Origin: Polyangiales bacterium
Lineage (GTDB): Bacteria; Myxococcota_A; Polyangia; Polyangiales; Polyangiaceae
Assembly: GCA_038231275.1 (NCBI GenBank)
Contig: JBBRLQ010000011.1
Coordinates: 166,494 to 230,493, forward strand
Length of the DNA: 64,000 bases
Direction of reading: 5' to 3'
The notes below the pieces were generated by a model. It was not told the DNA's origin, ran no database searches, and was given only the letters and a program-made list of their open reading frames with translations. A program made the position numbers and the translations under genes. Shown here piece by piece: positions 1-12,557 of the stretch. Position 1 is the stretch's first letter, and every line of letters starts with the position of its first letter.

Positions 1-1
1 A

Positions 2-733
2 GCGGACGCGAAGGCCGTCCTCAAGAGCGCGAGCGTCACGATCGCGGGCGGCGGCACCGACACGACCGATGCTGCTGGCGTCTATGCGCTCGACACGCTT
101 CCCGGCACGTTTGCCGTCACTGCGAAGAAGCCCGGTTACTCGCCGAAGGTCCTCAAGGTGACCGTACCGGTCGGCGGCACCGTGAAGCTCGACGTGCCGA
201 TGGACAAGGATCCCAACGCGGACTTCGATGGCGACGGCGTGCCCGATCTCAAGGACAACTGCCCCGAGATCAAAAACCCCGACCAGTCCGATCGCGATCA
301 CGACGGCCTGGGCGACGCGTGCGACATGGACGACGACGGCGATGGCGTGGCCGACGAGGACGACAACTGTCCGACGGTGCCCAACCCCGATCAGGCCGAC
401 AGCAACAACGACGGCGTCGGCGACGCGTGCGAGGGCGCGGACGGCGGCGTGGGATCGGGCGATGGAGGCGGCGGGGTCGGCGGGGTCGGCGGCGGTGGCG
501 CGGGCGGCAACGGCGCCGGACCGGGCGGCGACCCTACGGCGTCCGGCGACGGTGGAAGCTCACCGCACGCAGGCTGCGGCGTCGCATCGCACGCGCCCGG
601 CGAGGCAGGCAGTGGCCTCGCTCTGGGCGTGCTCGCGGCAGCGGCGTTCGCGCGACGGCGTTCGCGCGCGAGCAGGTTGGTTGGGTCGGGAGTGGGTCAG
701 GGGCCGCAGAAGACTTCCGAGACGACGTCGTAG
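2..733 (+). CDS. 5'-truncated exported protein: carboxypeptidase-regulatory-like domain, thrombospondin type-3 Ca-binding repeats, Gly-rich linker, MYXO-CTERM-like tail
   Basis: Frame is open from base 2 ([14 protein letters not shown]...TDAAGVYAL...KPGY). Repeats DxDGDGVxDxxDNCPxxxNPDQxDxDxDGxGDAC. Tail GCGVA...[15 protein letters not shown]. Confidence 0.8.
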   Translation, partial: ADAKAVLKSASVTIAGGGTDTTDAAGVYALDTLPGTFAVTAKKPGYSPKVLKVTVPVGGTVKLDVPMDKDPNADFDGDGVPDLKDNCPEIKNPDQSDRDHDGLGDACDMDDDGDGVADEDDNCPTVPNPDQADSNNDGVGDACEGADGGVGSGDGGGGVGGVGGGGAGGNGAGPGGDPTASGDGGSSPHAGCGVASHAPGEAGSGLALGVLAAAAFARRRSRASRLVGSGVGQGPQKTSETTS

Positions 734-1587
734 CCGCTCGAGAAGTCGGCCTGCAGGCACTTCGACGCCCCGTGGTCGGGGCCGGTGAAGAGCTCCACGC
801 ACGCCGCCTTCTGCGTGTACGCGGCGCACCCGCAGCCGCTCGCCGCCGACTCGCACGCGTTGATGTCGGTCGTCGTCGAGTTGGTGTCCTTCGCGCACGC
901 GTCGCACGCGGCCACGCGGCACTCGGTCGCCGCGAGGAAATCGTGCGCGCAGCTCTCGTTGCACGGCTCGAGGAGCGCGATGCAGCCGGCCGTGTTGGGG
1001 CTGACGAATCCGCCCGTCGCGACGAGCGCGCCGAGCGCGGTGCCGGTCGTCGGGAGGAGGCATTCTTGGCACGCCTTGCCGTCCGCGGTTCCCGTGAACG
1101 CCTTGCACGCGGCGCCGCCGTCGGTCTGTGTGCCGAGGCACACACTCTTGAACGTGCTGCGTTGCGCGGCGGAGCACTTGCCCTGGTGGTACGCGGTCGG
1201 CGCGATCCACTTCGGCGTGAAGGTCACGGTTCCCGGTGGCGAGCAGATCCCGCCGGCGTCGTTCGGCGTGCAGGTCACGCCCGCGTCGGGCACCGCGGTA
1301 CCGATCGCGACGCACGCGGGAAGGGGCCCGCTGTCCTTGCCGCTGCTTCCACTGGTGCCACTGGTGCCACTGGTGCCACTGGTGCCACTGGTGCCACTGG
1401 TGCCACTGGTGCCACTGGTGCCGCTGGTGCCGCTGGTTCCACTGGTTCCACTGGTACCGCGGGTGCCGCTAGTGCCGCTGGTTCCGCTGCTGCCGCCATC
1501 GCTGATCGTGGTGGTGGTCGTCGTCGTGCACGCGAAGACGGAGACGAGAAAGGGCAAGGTCACAAGGGAGGCTTGGATGAGCTTCAT
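697..1587 (-). CDS. Cys-rich lipoprotein with (Gly-Thr-Ser)n linker
   Basis: ATG at 1587; signal peptide with lipobox-like VFAC; about 15 GTS repeats; C-terminal domain with many Cys. Confidence 0.75.
   Translation of the reverse strand: MKLIQASLVTLPFLVSVFACTTTTTTTISDGGSSGTSGTSGTRGTSGTSGTSGTSGTSGTSGTSGTSGTSGTSGTSGTSGSSGKDSGPLPACVAIGTAVPDAGVTCTPNDAGGICSPPGTVTFTPKWIAPTAYHQGKCSAAQRSTFKSVCLGTQTDGGAACKAFTGTADGKACQECLLPTTGTALGALVATGGFVSPNTAGCIALLEPCNESCAHDFLAATECRVAACDACAKDTNSTTTDINACESAASGCGCAAYTQKAACVELFTGPDHGASKCLQADFSSGYDVVSEVFCGP
1340..1497. repeat. 9-bp tandem repeat (ccactggtg and variants) encoding the GTS linker on the minus strand
   Basis: Visible directly: near-perfect ccactggtg units, degenerating to ccgctggtg/ccactggtt. 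Confidence 0.9.
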
Positions 1588-1720
1588 GCTTGACGGGGTA
1601 GCCGGCACGCCCCTCGGGCAAACGTCCCCAGGTTTCCCACAGCCCATCGGCTCGTTTCCGGCGCCCGAACGCCTCGCGCGCTCCCTTCGCGGTGCTCCTC
1701 GTGCTAGCGAATCGAGACCG

Positions 1721-5344
<3,624 letters not shown>

Positions 5345-5359
5345 GCGCGAGCGCGAGCT

Positions 5360-5842
5360 TCAGGGCCGCCACGCGCGGAACGCGAAGTGGCCGAGCGGGT
5401 AGGTCTGGAAGCCGACGCGTGCGAGATCGATCGTGAGCTCGCCGCCGCGCCCGATGGCCAAGGCCCGATCGACGGGCGCGATCGTGTACCACCACGCCGC
5501 CGCACCCTCGACGCGCGCGGTGAAGGGCGTCTCAGCTCCTCGCGCGTCCACGTGGATGGCCGTCAGGGTGAGATCGCGCGCGCCGGGGACTGGGGCGTCG
5601 AGCCTCACGGCCCAGCGCCCACCTTCGCCATCTGCCGCGCACGCGAACCGCCCGTCGTCCGCGTCACCCCGCAGTATGCCGCACGGACCCTCGTTCTCCG
5701 CGGCCGGCGCGGGGAGGCTCGGACCCGAGACGATCTGCTCGTGCACCGCGGCGGTCGCCGGCGTCTCGCGCGCGGTCGCCGCGAAGAGCGGCAAGCTCAA
5801 CGCGAGGGCGACGGCGGCGATGCGGGGGCTCAGGAAGCGCAC
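5360..5842 (-). CDS. Hypothetical exported protein
   Basis: GTG 5842 followed by signal-peptide-like RIAAVALALSLPLFAATA; sigma54 motif immediately upstream. Confidence 0.55.
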   Translation of the reverse strand: MRFLSPRIAAVALALSLPLFAATARETPATAAVHEQIVSGPSLPAPAAENEGPCGILRGDADDGRFACAADGEGGRWAVRLDAPVPGARDLTLTAIHVDARGAETPFTARVEGAAAWWYTIAPVDRALAIGRGGELTIDLARVGFQTYPLGHFAFRAWRP

Positions 5843-5854
5843 AGCAAGACACTT

Positions 5855-5870
5855 TGCAACGGGCGTGCCG
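5855..5870 (-). promoter_or_regulatory. Sigma54 (-24/-12) promoter
   Basis: Minus strand reads CGGCACGCCCGTTGCA: GG-N10-GC, matching YGGCACG-N4-TTGCW. Confidence 0.7.
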
Positions 5871-5957
5871 ACGTGAAATCGCGCAGATCCGGCACGACCG
5901 TTAGCGAAACGTGTGTTGCGCCGGCCACACGTCGTCACACGAAGGGCCGGGCGTGCG

Positions 5958-6860
5958 TCAGGTACCGAGCTTGGCGATCTCCGCCTCCGCGCGCGCGCGA
6001 TCCTCTTCGTGCTTCACGAGGACGCCGAGCGTCTGCCGCGCGAGCTCCGGATCGAGCGCGCTCGCGCCGAGCGCCACGAGCGCGCGCGCCCAGTCGATCG
6101 TCTCTGCGATCGATGGCGCCTTTCGGAGACCGAGCCCACGCAGGCTCGTCGCGAACCGCGCCAGCTCCGCGGCGAGCGTCTTCGACAGCCCAGGGACGCG
6201 CAGCTCGAGGATGGCGAGCTCACGCGACGGGGGAGGGTAGTCGAGGAACAAGTGCAGACATCTTCGCCTCAGCGCGTCGGTCATGTCGCGCGTGGCGTTG
6301 GTCGTGAGGAGCACGAGCGCCGGGCTCTTCGCGCGGATCGTCCCGAGCTCGGGGATCGTGACCTGACGTTCGGCGAGGATCTCGAGGAGGAACGCCTCGA
6401 ACTCGGGATCGGCGCGATCGACCTCGTCGATGAGCAGCACGACCGGAACGTCGCTCGTCAGCGCCTGCAGGAGCGGGCGGGGCACGAGGAAGCGCTCGTT
6501 GAAGAAGGCGTCGCTCACCCCGGCGATGCGCTCCGCCGCCTCGATGAGCGAGCCCGCGCCGGTCACTTGGGTCGCCACCGCGTCACGGAGCAGCTGCGTG
6601 TAGAGCATCTGCTTGGCGTAGTCCCACTCGTACAGGGCCCTACCCTCGTCGAGCCCCTCGTAGCACTGCAGACGGATGAGCGGCCGACCGAGCGATTCGG
6701 CGAGGGCGCGGGCGAGATCGGTCTTGCCGACGCCGGGCGGCCCCTCGACGAGGAGCGGACGCTCGAGCGTCAGCCCCAGCCAGGCGACGAGAACCGTTTT
6801 CGGGTCGGCGAGGTAGGTCGCCGAGAGGGCCTTCTCGAGAGCCGCGACGGTCGGGACCAC
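5958..6860 (-). CDS. MoxR-family AAA+ ATPase (CoxD-like)
   Basis: Walker A GPPGVGKT, LQCYEGLD..ALYEWDY, Walker B LLIDE, ALRRRC. Confidence 0.9.
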   Translation of the reverse strand: MVPTVAALEKALSATYLADPKTVLVAWLGLTLERPLLVEGPPGVGKTDLARALAESLGRPLIRLQCYEGLDEGRALYEWDYAKQMLYTQLLRDAVATQVTGAGSLIEAAERIAGVSDAFFNERFLVPRPLLQALTSDVPVVLLIDEVDRADPEFEAFLLEILAERQVTIPELGTIRAKSPALVLLTTNATRDMTDALRRRCLHLFLDYPPPSRELAILELRVPGLSKTLAAELARFATSLRGLGLRKAPSIAETIDWARALVALGASALDPELARQTLGVLVKHEEDRARAEAEIAKLGT

Positions 6861-6919
6861 GACCCCGACTTTCGCACATCTTTCGCGGTATTGCTCGCTG
6901 GTTGTGTATCCTTCCCGGG

Positions 6920-8182
6920 ATGAGTGATCGGGATGACCTGCTGCGCGTCGACGCGACGGGCACCGTTCATCCGGTAGGACGCGTAGCGAGCCAGTTCCTG
7001 CGCGCGAGGGCCGGCGAGTGGCGTGTCCTTCGGGCGCCGAACGACGTCGTCCTCATGCGCCCGAGCGCGATGGACGGCTCGGTGCTCAAGCTCGCCGGCG
7101 AGATGCGCACCCCCGGCGCGCTGTGTGACATCGTGGCGCTCGCCTCGCAGTCCGGTTGGCGCGGCGAGCTCACGGTCCTCTGCGACCAAGGGCAGCGCTC
7201 GTTCTATTTCGACGCCGGCAACGTCGTCGGCGCCTCCACCACCGTCCCCGACGAGCGAATCGGCGAGACCCTCTACCGCTTCGGCGTCATTACGCGCGAG
7301 CAGCTCGAGGCCATCGTGCGCAGCGCCGAGTCCACCGGCAAGCGCGTCGGCGAGGCCGCCATCGAGCTCGAGTTCGTCACCGCCGAAGAACTCTACCCGA
7401 TGATGGCGCGCCAAGTGGAAGAGGTCTTCTACGCCGCCATCCACGTCACCGAGGGCAGCTTCTATTTCTACGATCGCTTCGACGAGAAGGTCCTCATCCG
7501 GCGCCACAGCCTGAACGCGGGCGCGCTCCTCCTCGAGGCGGCGCGGCGCATGGACGAGATGAAATATTTCCGGGAGAAGATCCCGAACGACACGTTCATC
7601 CCGGTACCGACCGCGTCAGGCAAGAAGCCCCCGGACGAGCTCGCCGAGGTCCTCGCGCAGTGCGACGGCAAGCGCAACATCGCCGACATCGGGCGCCGCA
7701 TCGGACAGCTCGAGTTCGAGATCACGCGGTCGCTTTTCCAGCTGAGCAACGCCGGCTTGGTGATGATGACGGCTGCCCGTCCCCAGGGGCCCGAGGCCAT
7801 CGTCGAGGTCTTCAACCCTGCGCTCGCGGCCATCCACACGGCCTGCGACGAAGAGGGGAAGGGGGCCGACCTGCGCGAGGGCCTTTCGCGGTTCGCGACC
7901 GGCGGAGGGGTGTACGATCCGCTCTTCATGATGGCGGGGCCGCTCGACGATGGGACGTTCAAGCCGGAGCGCGTCGCCAAGAACCTGGCGGCGCTCGCGG
8001 GCGACGATCCGGACGCGTGGCTCGTGCAGCTCATGCAAGAGTACGTCGGCTTCGCGACGTTCCAGGCCGAGTCGCTCGTGCCGCGCGAGGTGCTGTCGCA
8101 GCTGTCCGCGAAGGTGTCGGAGCTGCTGAAGCCGCTCCGTCAGCTCGAAACGGTGCAACCGGGATCGAGGAGGGGGGAATGA
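6920..8182 (+). CDS. DUF4388 (PatA-N-like) domain protein
   Basis: LAGE...LCDIVAL...WRGELTV...SFYFDAGNVVGA...RIGETL...EGSFYF...LLLEAARRMDE pattern. Confidence 0.75.
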   Translation: MSDRDDLLRVDATGTVHPVGRVASQFLRARAGEWRVLRAPNDVVLMRPSAMDGSVLKLAGEMRTPGALCDIVALASQSGWRGELTVLCDQGQRSFYFDAGNVVGASTTVPDERIGETLYRFGVITREQLEAIVRSAESTGKRVGEAAIELEFVTAEELYPMMARQVEEVFYAAIHVTEGSFYFYDRFDEKVLIRRHSLNAGALLLEAARRMDEMKYFREKIPNDTFIPVPTASGKKPPDELAEVLAQCDGKRNIADIGRRIGQLEFEITRSLFQLSNAGLVMMTAARPQGPEAIVEVFNPALAAIHTACDEEGKGADLREGLSRFATGGGVYDPLFMMAGPLDDGTFKPERVAKNLAALAGDDPDAWLVQLMQEYVGFATFQAESLVPREVLSQLSAKVSELLKPLRQLETVQPGSRRGE

Positions 8183-8847
8183 TGACGAGTGAAAACCCGA
8201 GGCCGAAGTCGACGCCACCAGACGAAAAGGTCGGCGGCGCGGCGAGCGGCAAACGTCTGCGCCGCGACGAGATCGTCGTCGAGGCGACCCGGCTGTTCGC
8301 GGAGCGCGGCTACGAGGGGGCCAGCATGGCCGATTTGGCGGAGCGCGTCGGACTCCGGAAGGCCTCCTTGTTTCATCACTTCGCGAGCAAGGACGTGCTG
8401 TACGCCGCCGTCTTGGAGCGGCTCATCATCCCAGTGAGCGGCGCCATCCAGAGCGCGATGCTGACCGAGGGCTCCCTCGAGCATCGCCTCGACGCGCTCA
8501 GCGACGCGATCACGCAGGTCCTCCACGGCCAGCCATTCGCGGCACGCCTCCTCGTGCGCGAGGCGATGGACTGGGGGCCGGTCATGCGCGACCACCTGGC
8601 GAGCTCGCTCCAGGCCGTCCTTCATGCGGCGGCGCAGTTCGCGAAGGTGGGTCAAGAGGCGGGCGTCTTCGTCGAAGGCGACACAGGCCAGCTCATCATG
8701 ACGATCGTGGGCGTCCACTTCATGCCCTTCGCGATCCCCCAGGTGACCGAGGGCTTTCTCCAGATGAGCCCGTACGACGCGCCGTTCCTCGAAGCCCGCA
8801 AGATCGCCGTCCGCGCGCACATCCGCGGCATCGCCCTGAAGAAATAG
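8179..8847 (+). CDS. TetR/AcrR family regulator
   Basis: HTH EIVVEATRLFAERGYEGASMADLAERVGLRKASLFHHFASK; ATGA overlap with upstream stop; strong SD gaggagg. Confidence 0.9.
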   Translation: MMTSENPRPKSTPPDEKVGGAASGKRLRRDEIVVEATRLFAERGYEGASMADLAERVGLRKASLFHHFASKDVLYAAVLERLIIPVSGAIQSAMLTEGSLEHRLDALSDAITQVLHGQPFAARLLVREAMDWGPVMRDHLASSLQAVLHAAAQFAKVGQEAGVFVEGDTGQLIMTIVGVHFMPFAIPQVTEGFLQMSPYDAPFLEARKIAVRAHIRGIALKK

Positions 8848-8875
8848 TCGAGCGGAAGTCGTAAGGACGGTTGCT

Positions 8876-9637
8876 CTAGGTCGCCCCGTGGCGTCCGGCG
8901 CCCTTCGCGAAGCGCGTCGCGCCGGAGCTCGCTTCGCCGCTGGCGAGCGGCTCGAGGCCGTGACGTAGCTCGTTCGAGAGGGCCTGCGCGACGGGGAGCT
9001 CGTGCTGCTCGTACGCGCTCATGCGATCGGAGCGGAGGCAGGTCTGCGGGAGTGCGGCGAGCTCGCCGGCGAGCGCCTCGGCGGCGGCGCGCGCGCAGCC
9101 CTTGGGGACGACGCGGTTGACGAGGCCCATCGCCAGCGCCTCGTCGGCGCGAACGCCGCGGCCGGTGAGGATGAGATCCATCGCGCGCGAGAGGCCGATC
9201 AGGCGAGGGAGGCGCACGGTGCCGCCGTCGATGAGCGGCACCCCCCAGCGGCGGCAAAAAACGCCGAGCACTGCGTCTTCCTCGGCGACGCGCAGGTCGC
9301 AGAAGAGCGCGAGCTCGAGGCCGCCGGCGACCGCGTACCCGCTGATCGCCGCGACGACGGGCTTTCCGAGGACCATCCGCGTCGGGCCCATCGGTCCGTC
9401 TCCGTCGGGCGCGACGCGGTTGCCTCGGCCGGCCGCGATCCCTTTCAGGTCCGCGCCCGCACAGAAGGTGCCGCCTTCGCCCCAGAGGACCGCGACGTGC
9501 GCGCGGTCGTCGGCGTCGAACGCGCGAAACGCGTCGGCGAGGGCCTGCGCGGTTGGGCCGTCGACGGCGTTCTTCACCTCCGGACGGGACAGGACGATGG
9601 TGCGGACGGGCCCCTCGTTTTCGACGCGGACGCTCAT
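8876..9637 (-). CDS. Enoyl-CoA hydratase/crotonase family protein
   Basis: FCAGADLK, KPVVAAISGYAVAGGLELAL.CDLR, GGTVRLPRLIG. Confidence 0.92.
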   Translation of the reverse strand: MSVRVENEGPVRTIVLSRPEVKNAVDGPTAQALADAFRAFDADDRAHVAVLWGEGGTFCAGADLKGIAAGRGNRVAPDGDGPMGPTRMVLGKPVVAAISGYAVAGGLELALFCDLRVAEEDAVLGVFCRRWGVPLIDGGTVRLPRLIGLSRAMDLILTGRGVRADEALAMGLVNRVVPKGCARAAAEALAGELAALPQTCLRSDRMSAYEQHELPVAQALSNELRHGLEPLASGEASSGATRFAKGAGRHGAT

Positions 9638-9685
9638 CGCGCACGAGGGTACGGCGAGCGTGCGCAGTTTGGTAGGCTCTCCGCG

Positions 9686-10477
9686 ATGGGCTTCGCCGAA
9701 GACGCCGAGCGCGCGAGCGCGTACCTCGTCGATCGCGTGCGCGCTGCGGCCGGAGCGCGATGGGCACAAGGTCAGCACGCGCCGTCCCTCGCCGTGGTCG
9801 GCGCCGGGCCATCGCTGGAGACGCTCGCGCGTGTGAGGCTCTGGCGCGTGCCCTTGCACGTCGCGCTCGGCGTCGTCGCGTGGAGCCACGGCGAGCGCGA
9901 CGTGGAGCTCTTGTCCACCGTCCCGGCGCCGCGCCACGTCCTCGCGCTACAGGCGCGCGGGCGACGGTGCGTCTCGCTTCTCCCTGACGATGCCGTGCCG
10001 AGCGGGCAAACCGGGCTCGACTTCGCGCTCCACGATCTCTGCCACCTGGAGAAATTCGTGGAGCCGGCTCACCACGCCGAGCAGATCGGATTCTTCCGGC
10101 GCGTCGACGCGGCGATCGACACCGCGGGTTGGCGCGCGTTCGACAGGCGCTTCGACGTCGCATGGACGCAGGACGTCGAGCACGTCGTCGCCGACATGAA
10201 CGGGTCGGCGATCTTCCTCTTCGCCGCGCTCAAGATGAAGTTGAAGATGGCGGTCCGGCGCGAGCTCGCGCGCGCGGAAGGCCGACCCGCTCCCACCGGC
10301 GGTCCATTGAGCACGGGAGAAGCATCGGCGTTCGACCGCGCGCAAGAAGAGCTGCTCGCTCTCCTCGGCCTCGACGGAGACGCCGCGGGCGCGGCGCGCG
10401 CGGTCTCGACGAAAAGGGACGCGCCGGACGCGGCGACGCGCCTGCAAGGGTATTTCGCGTCTATGCTGACCGGATGA
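9686..10477 (+). CDS. Hypothetical protein with HDxxH motif
   Basis: Typical GC3-rich codon usage; DFALHDLCHLEKF; divergent from the crotonase gene; ATGA-coupled to the next gene. Confidence 0.6.
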   Translation: MGFAEDAERASAYLVDRVRAAAGARWAQGQHAPSLAVVGAGPSLETLARVRLWRVPLHVALGVVAWSHGERDVELLSTVPAPRHVLALQARGRRCVSLLPDDAVPSGQTGLDFALHDLCHLEKFVEPAHHAEQIGFFRRVDAAIDTAGWRAFDRRFDVAWTQDVEHVVADMNGSAIFLFAALKMKLKMAVRRELARAEGRPAPTGGPLSTGEASAFDRAQEELLALLGLDGDAAGAARAVSTKRDAPDAATRLQGYFASMLTG

Positions 10478-10887
10478 CGCGCGCGATCCTCTCCGCAGTG
10501 GTGCTCTCCGCCGGCATGCTCTGGGCGCCGCTCGCCGTTGCCGATGTCGCGCCGGCAAAGCCGCCGGACGACTGCTCCGTCGAGAAGCTTTGCAAGGCGG
10601 ATGGCCAGACGTGCCCGGCGCTCGGCGGCATCGTCGACGAGAGCTGCGCGGCCGGCATGACGCAGCGCGGGATGGTCCAGAAGTGCATCCAGGGGGCGAG
10701 CGTCGGCAAAGCCATCTATTGCCCGGGCACGGCCGCGAGCGCGAGCGCGAGCAAGAAGAGCTGCGGAAAATCGGAGATCGCCCCGACGACGCCCTTCGAA
10801 GGGGCGAGCGCGCTTGGCCTCGTCGCTACAGCGCTCGCTGTCGCCGGGCTTCGTAGAGCGCGATCGCGGCGCTCACCGACGCGTTGA
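10474..10887 (+). CDS. Small exported Cys-rich protein with MYXO-CTERM-like tail
   Basis: Signal peptide ending AVA-D; 6-Cys domain; SC...ALGLVATALAVAGLRRARSRR tail. Confidence 0.65.
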   Translation: MTRAILSAVVLSAGMLWAPLAVADVAPAKPPDDCSVEKLCKADGQTCPALGGIVDESCAAGMTQRGMVQKCIQGASVGKAIYCPGTAASASASKKSCGKSEIAPTTPFEGASALGLVATALAVAGLRRARSRRSPTR

Positions 10888-11545
10888 GCGACGACATCGG
10901 TCCGTGCATCGGCAGGCGCGCGAGCGCCCCGCATACCTTCTTCACGCCGCGCCGCAGGCCTTTGCCCTCGGCGCCCACGACGAGCACCACCGGACCTTTG
11001 AGATCCACGCGATCGATCGCGAGCTCCGCTCCCGCGTCGAGCCCCACGACCGTGCAGCCTGCGTCGGCGAGGCGCGTGAGCGCTTCGGCGAGGTTGGTCA
11101 CGCGGCACAGCGTCGCGTGCTCGATGGCCCCCGCCGACGCGCGGAACGTCGCCGGGCTCAGCGGCGCCGAGTGGTGCTCGGGCCACACCACCGCCGTCGC
11201 GCCCATCGCGACCGCCGACCGCACGATCGCCCCGAAATTCTGCGGATCCTCGAGCTCGTCGAGCGCGACGACGAGGCCGTTCTCCATCGCCGCGACGTCT
11301 GCGAGCGCCACGAGCGCGAGCTCCGGCGCGAGCGCGATGGCGCCTTGATGCCGAGCCCCCTTCGCCATGCGATCGAGTTGGCTCCGCGACGCGCGCTCGA
11401 CGGTGGCCCCCTGATCCGTGGCGAAGCGCGCGAGCGCTTCGAGCTGCGGCGCGTCCTTCTGCGCTTCGACGAGCACCTTGCCCAGCGCCGCGCCGTGCGC
11501 GCGAATGGCCTCGCGCACCGGCTGCATTCCGCAGATGAGCCTCAC
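10826..11545 (-). CDS. rlmB: 23S rRNA Gm2251 2'-O-methyltransferase (TrmH/SpoU family)
   Basis: HQGAIA, LDELEDPQNFGAIVRSA, GAEGKGLR, SLNASV. Confidence 0.88.
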   Translation of the reverse strand: MRLICGMQPVREAIRAHGAALGKVLVEAQKDAPQLEALARFATDQGATVERASRSQLDRMAKGARHQGAIALAPELALVALADVAAMENGLVVALDELEDPQNFGAIVRSAVAMGATAVVWPEHHSAPLSPATFRASAGAIEHATLCRVTNLAEALTRLADAGCTVVGLDAGAELAIDRVDLKGPVVLVVGAEGKGLRRGVKKVCGALARLPMHGPMSSLNASVSAAIALYEARRQRAL

Positions 11546-12264
11546 GGCGCGCGCCGGCTCTGCGCGAGACGCGCTTCCGCTTCGATCGCGCGCGCCGCGG
11601 CGAGCGGATCGGCGGCATCACGGATCGGACGCCCGACGACGAGCCAGTCCGCGCCGTCCTCGATCGCGCGCGCCGCGGTCGCGACGCGCTTCTGATCGTC
11701 CTTGCCCGCCGCGTCCGACGCGCGCACGCCGGGCGTGATGAGTGTCGCCTCCGGCCCCAGCGCGGCACGCATTGCCCGGGCCTCGTGCGGCGAGCAGACG
11801 AACGCGCGCACTCCTTCGCCCCACGCCACCTTGGCGAGTCGTGCGGCGTGCGTCGCCACGTCTCCATCAACACCCATCTTGCCGAGGTCCGCCGCGTCGA
11901 GTGAGGTCAGCACGGTCACCGCGACGACCTCGAGCCCCGTCGCCGACGCGCGCGCGCGCTCCACGGCCCGCCGCAGCATCGTTGGACCACCCTGCGCATG
12001 CACGGTCGCGTATCGAACGCCGAGATCGGCTGCGCGCCCGATGGCCCGTTCGACGGTCTCCGGAATGTCGTGGAGCTTCAGATCGAGGAAGACCGGACGC
12101 CCGACCTCTTCGCCGAGCCGCGCGGCCGCAGGGCCTGCGTGGACGAAGAGCTCGAGCCCGACTTTGACCATACCAATCGCATCGCGCACCGCGAGCGCCG
12201 CGCGCCGTGCAGCATCGAGCTCCGGAAAATCCAGCGCAAAAACAATCGGCGACCCGGCGCTCAT
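11542..12264 (-). CDS. pyrF: Orotidine-5'-phosphate decarboxylase
   Basis: ALD, KVGLELF, FLDLKLHDIPET, VTVLTS, TPGVR, DDQKR, VVGRPI. Confidence 0.96.
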   Translation of the reverse strand: MSAGSPIVFALDFPELDAARRAALAVRDAIGMVKVGLELFVHAGPAAARLGEEVGRPVFLDLKLHDIPETVERAIGRAADLGVRYATVHAQGGPTMLRRAVERARASATGLEVVAVTVLTSLDAADLGKMGVDGDVATHAARLAKVAWGEGVRAFVCSPHEARAMRAALGPEATLITPGVRASDAAGKDDQKRVATAARAIEDGADWLVVGRPIRDAADPLAAARAIEAEARLAQSRRAP

Positions 12265-12557
12265 CGGGGGCACTAAAGCACAAAGTGGTCTGGGACGCGC
12301 GAGGCTTGGTTTGGTCGGTCACGCCCGGACACTCACGAGCCGCGCCGCCGCCCGGGGAGGTGCGAGGGGAGCCTCCGCCGCCGCCCGCTTCTCTCATCTG
12401 CTCCCGCTCCGGTCGTGCGTCCGCACGACTTCGCGAAGCGATTGCGCCCGGGGGGAGGCTCGCTCGCCACGCGAGCGAGGGGGGACCTCCTGGTCCCCCA
12501 CCAGGGTTGGCCGCCAGTCTTGCCCGACCGCCCCCTACCGCCCGCGCCGCCCGCCCG

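Noticed and set aside
1340..1497. Possible CRISPR or iteron array
   Set aside because: Contiguous 9-bp units with no spacers, in frame within a CDS; no cas genes in the window.
785..1720. 312-aa N-terminal extension of DnaE with (PLV)n repeats
   Set aside because: It is the antisense shadow of the GTS-repeat lipoprotein; the DnaE fold starts at ATG 1721.
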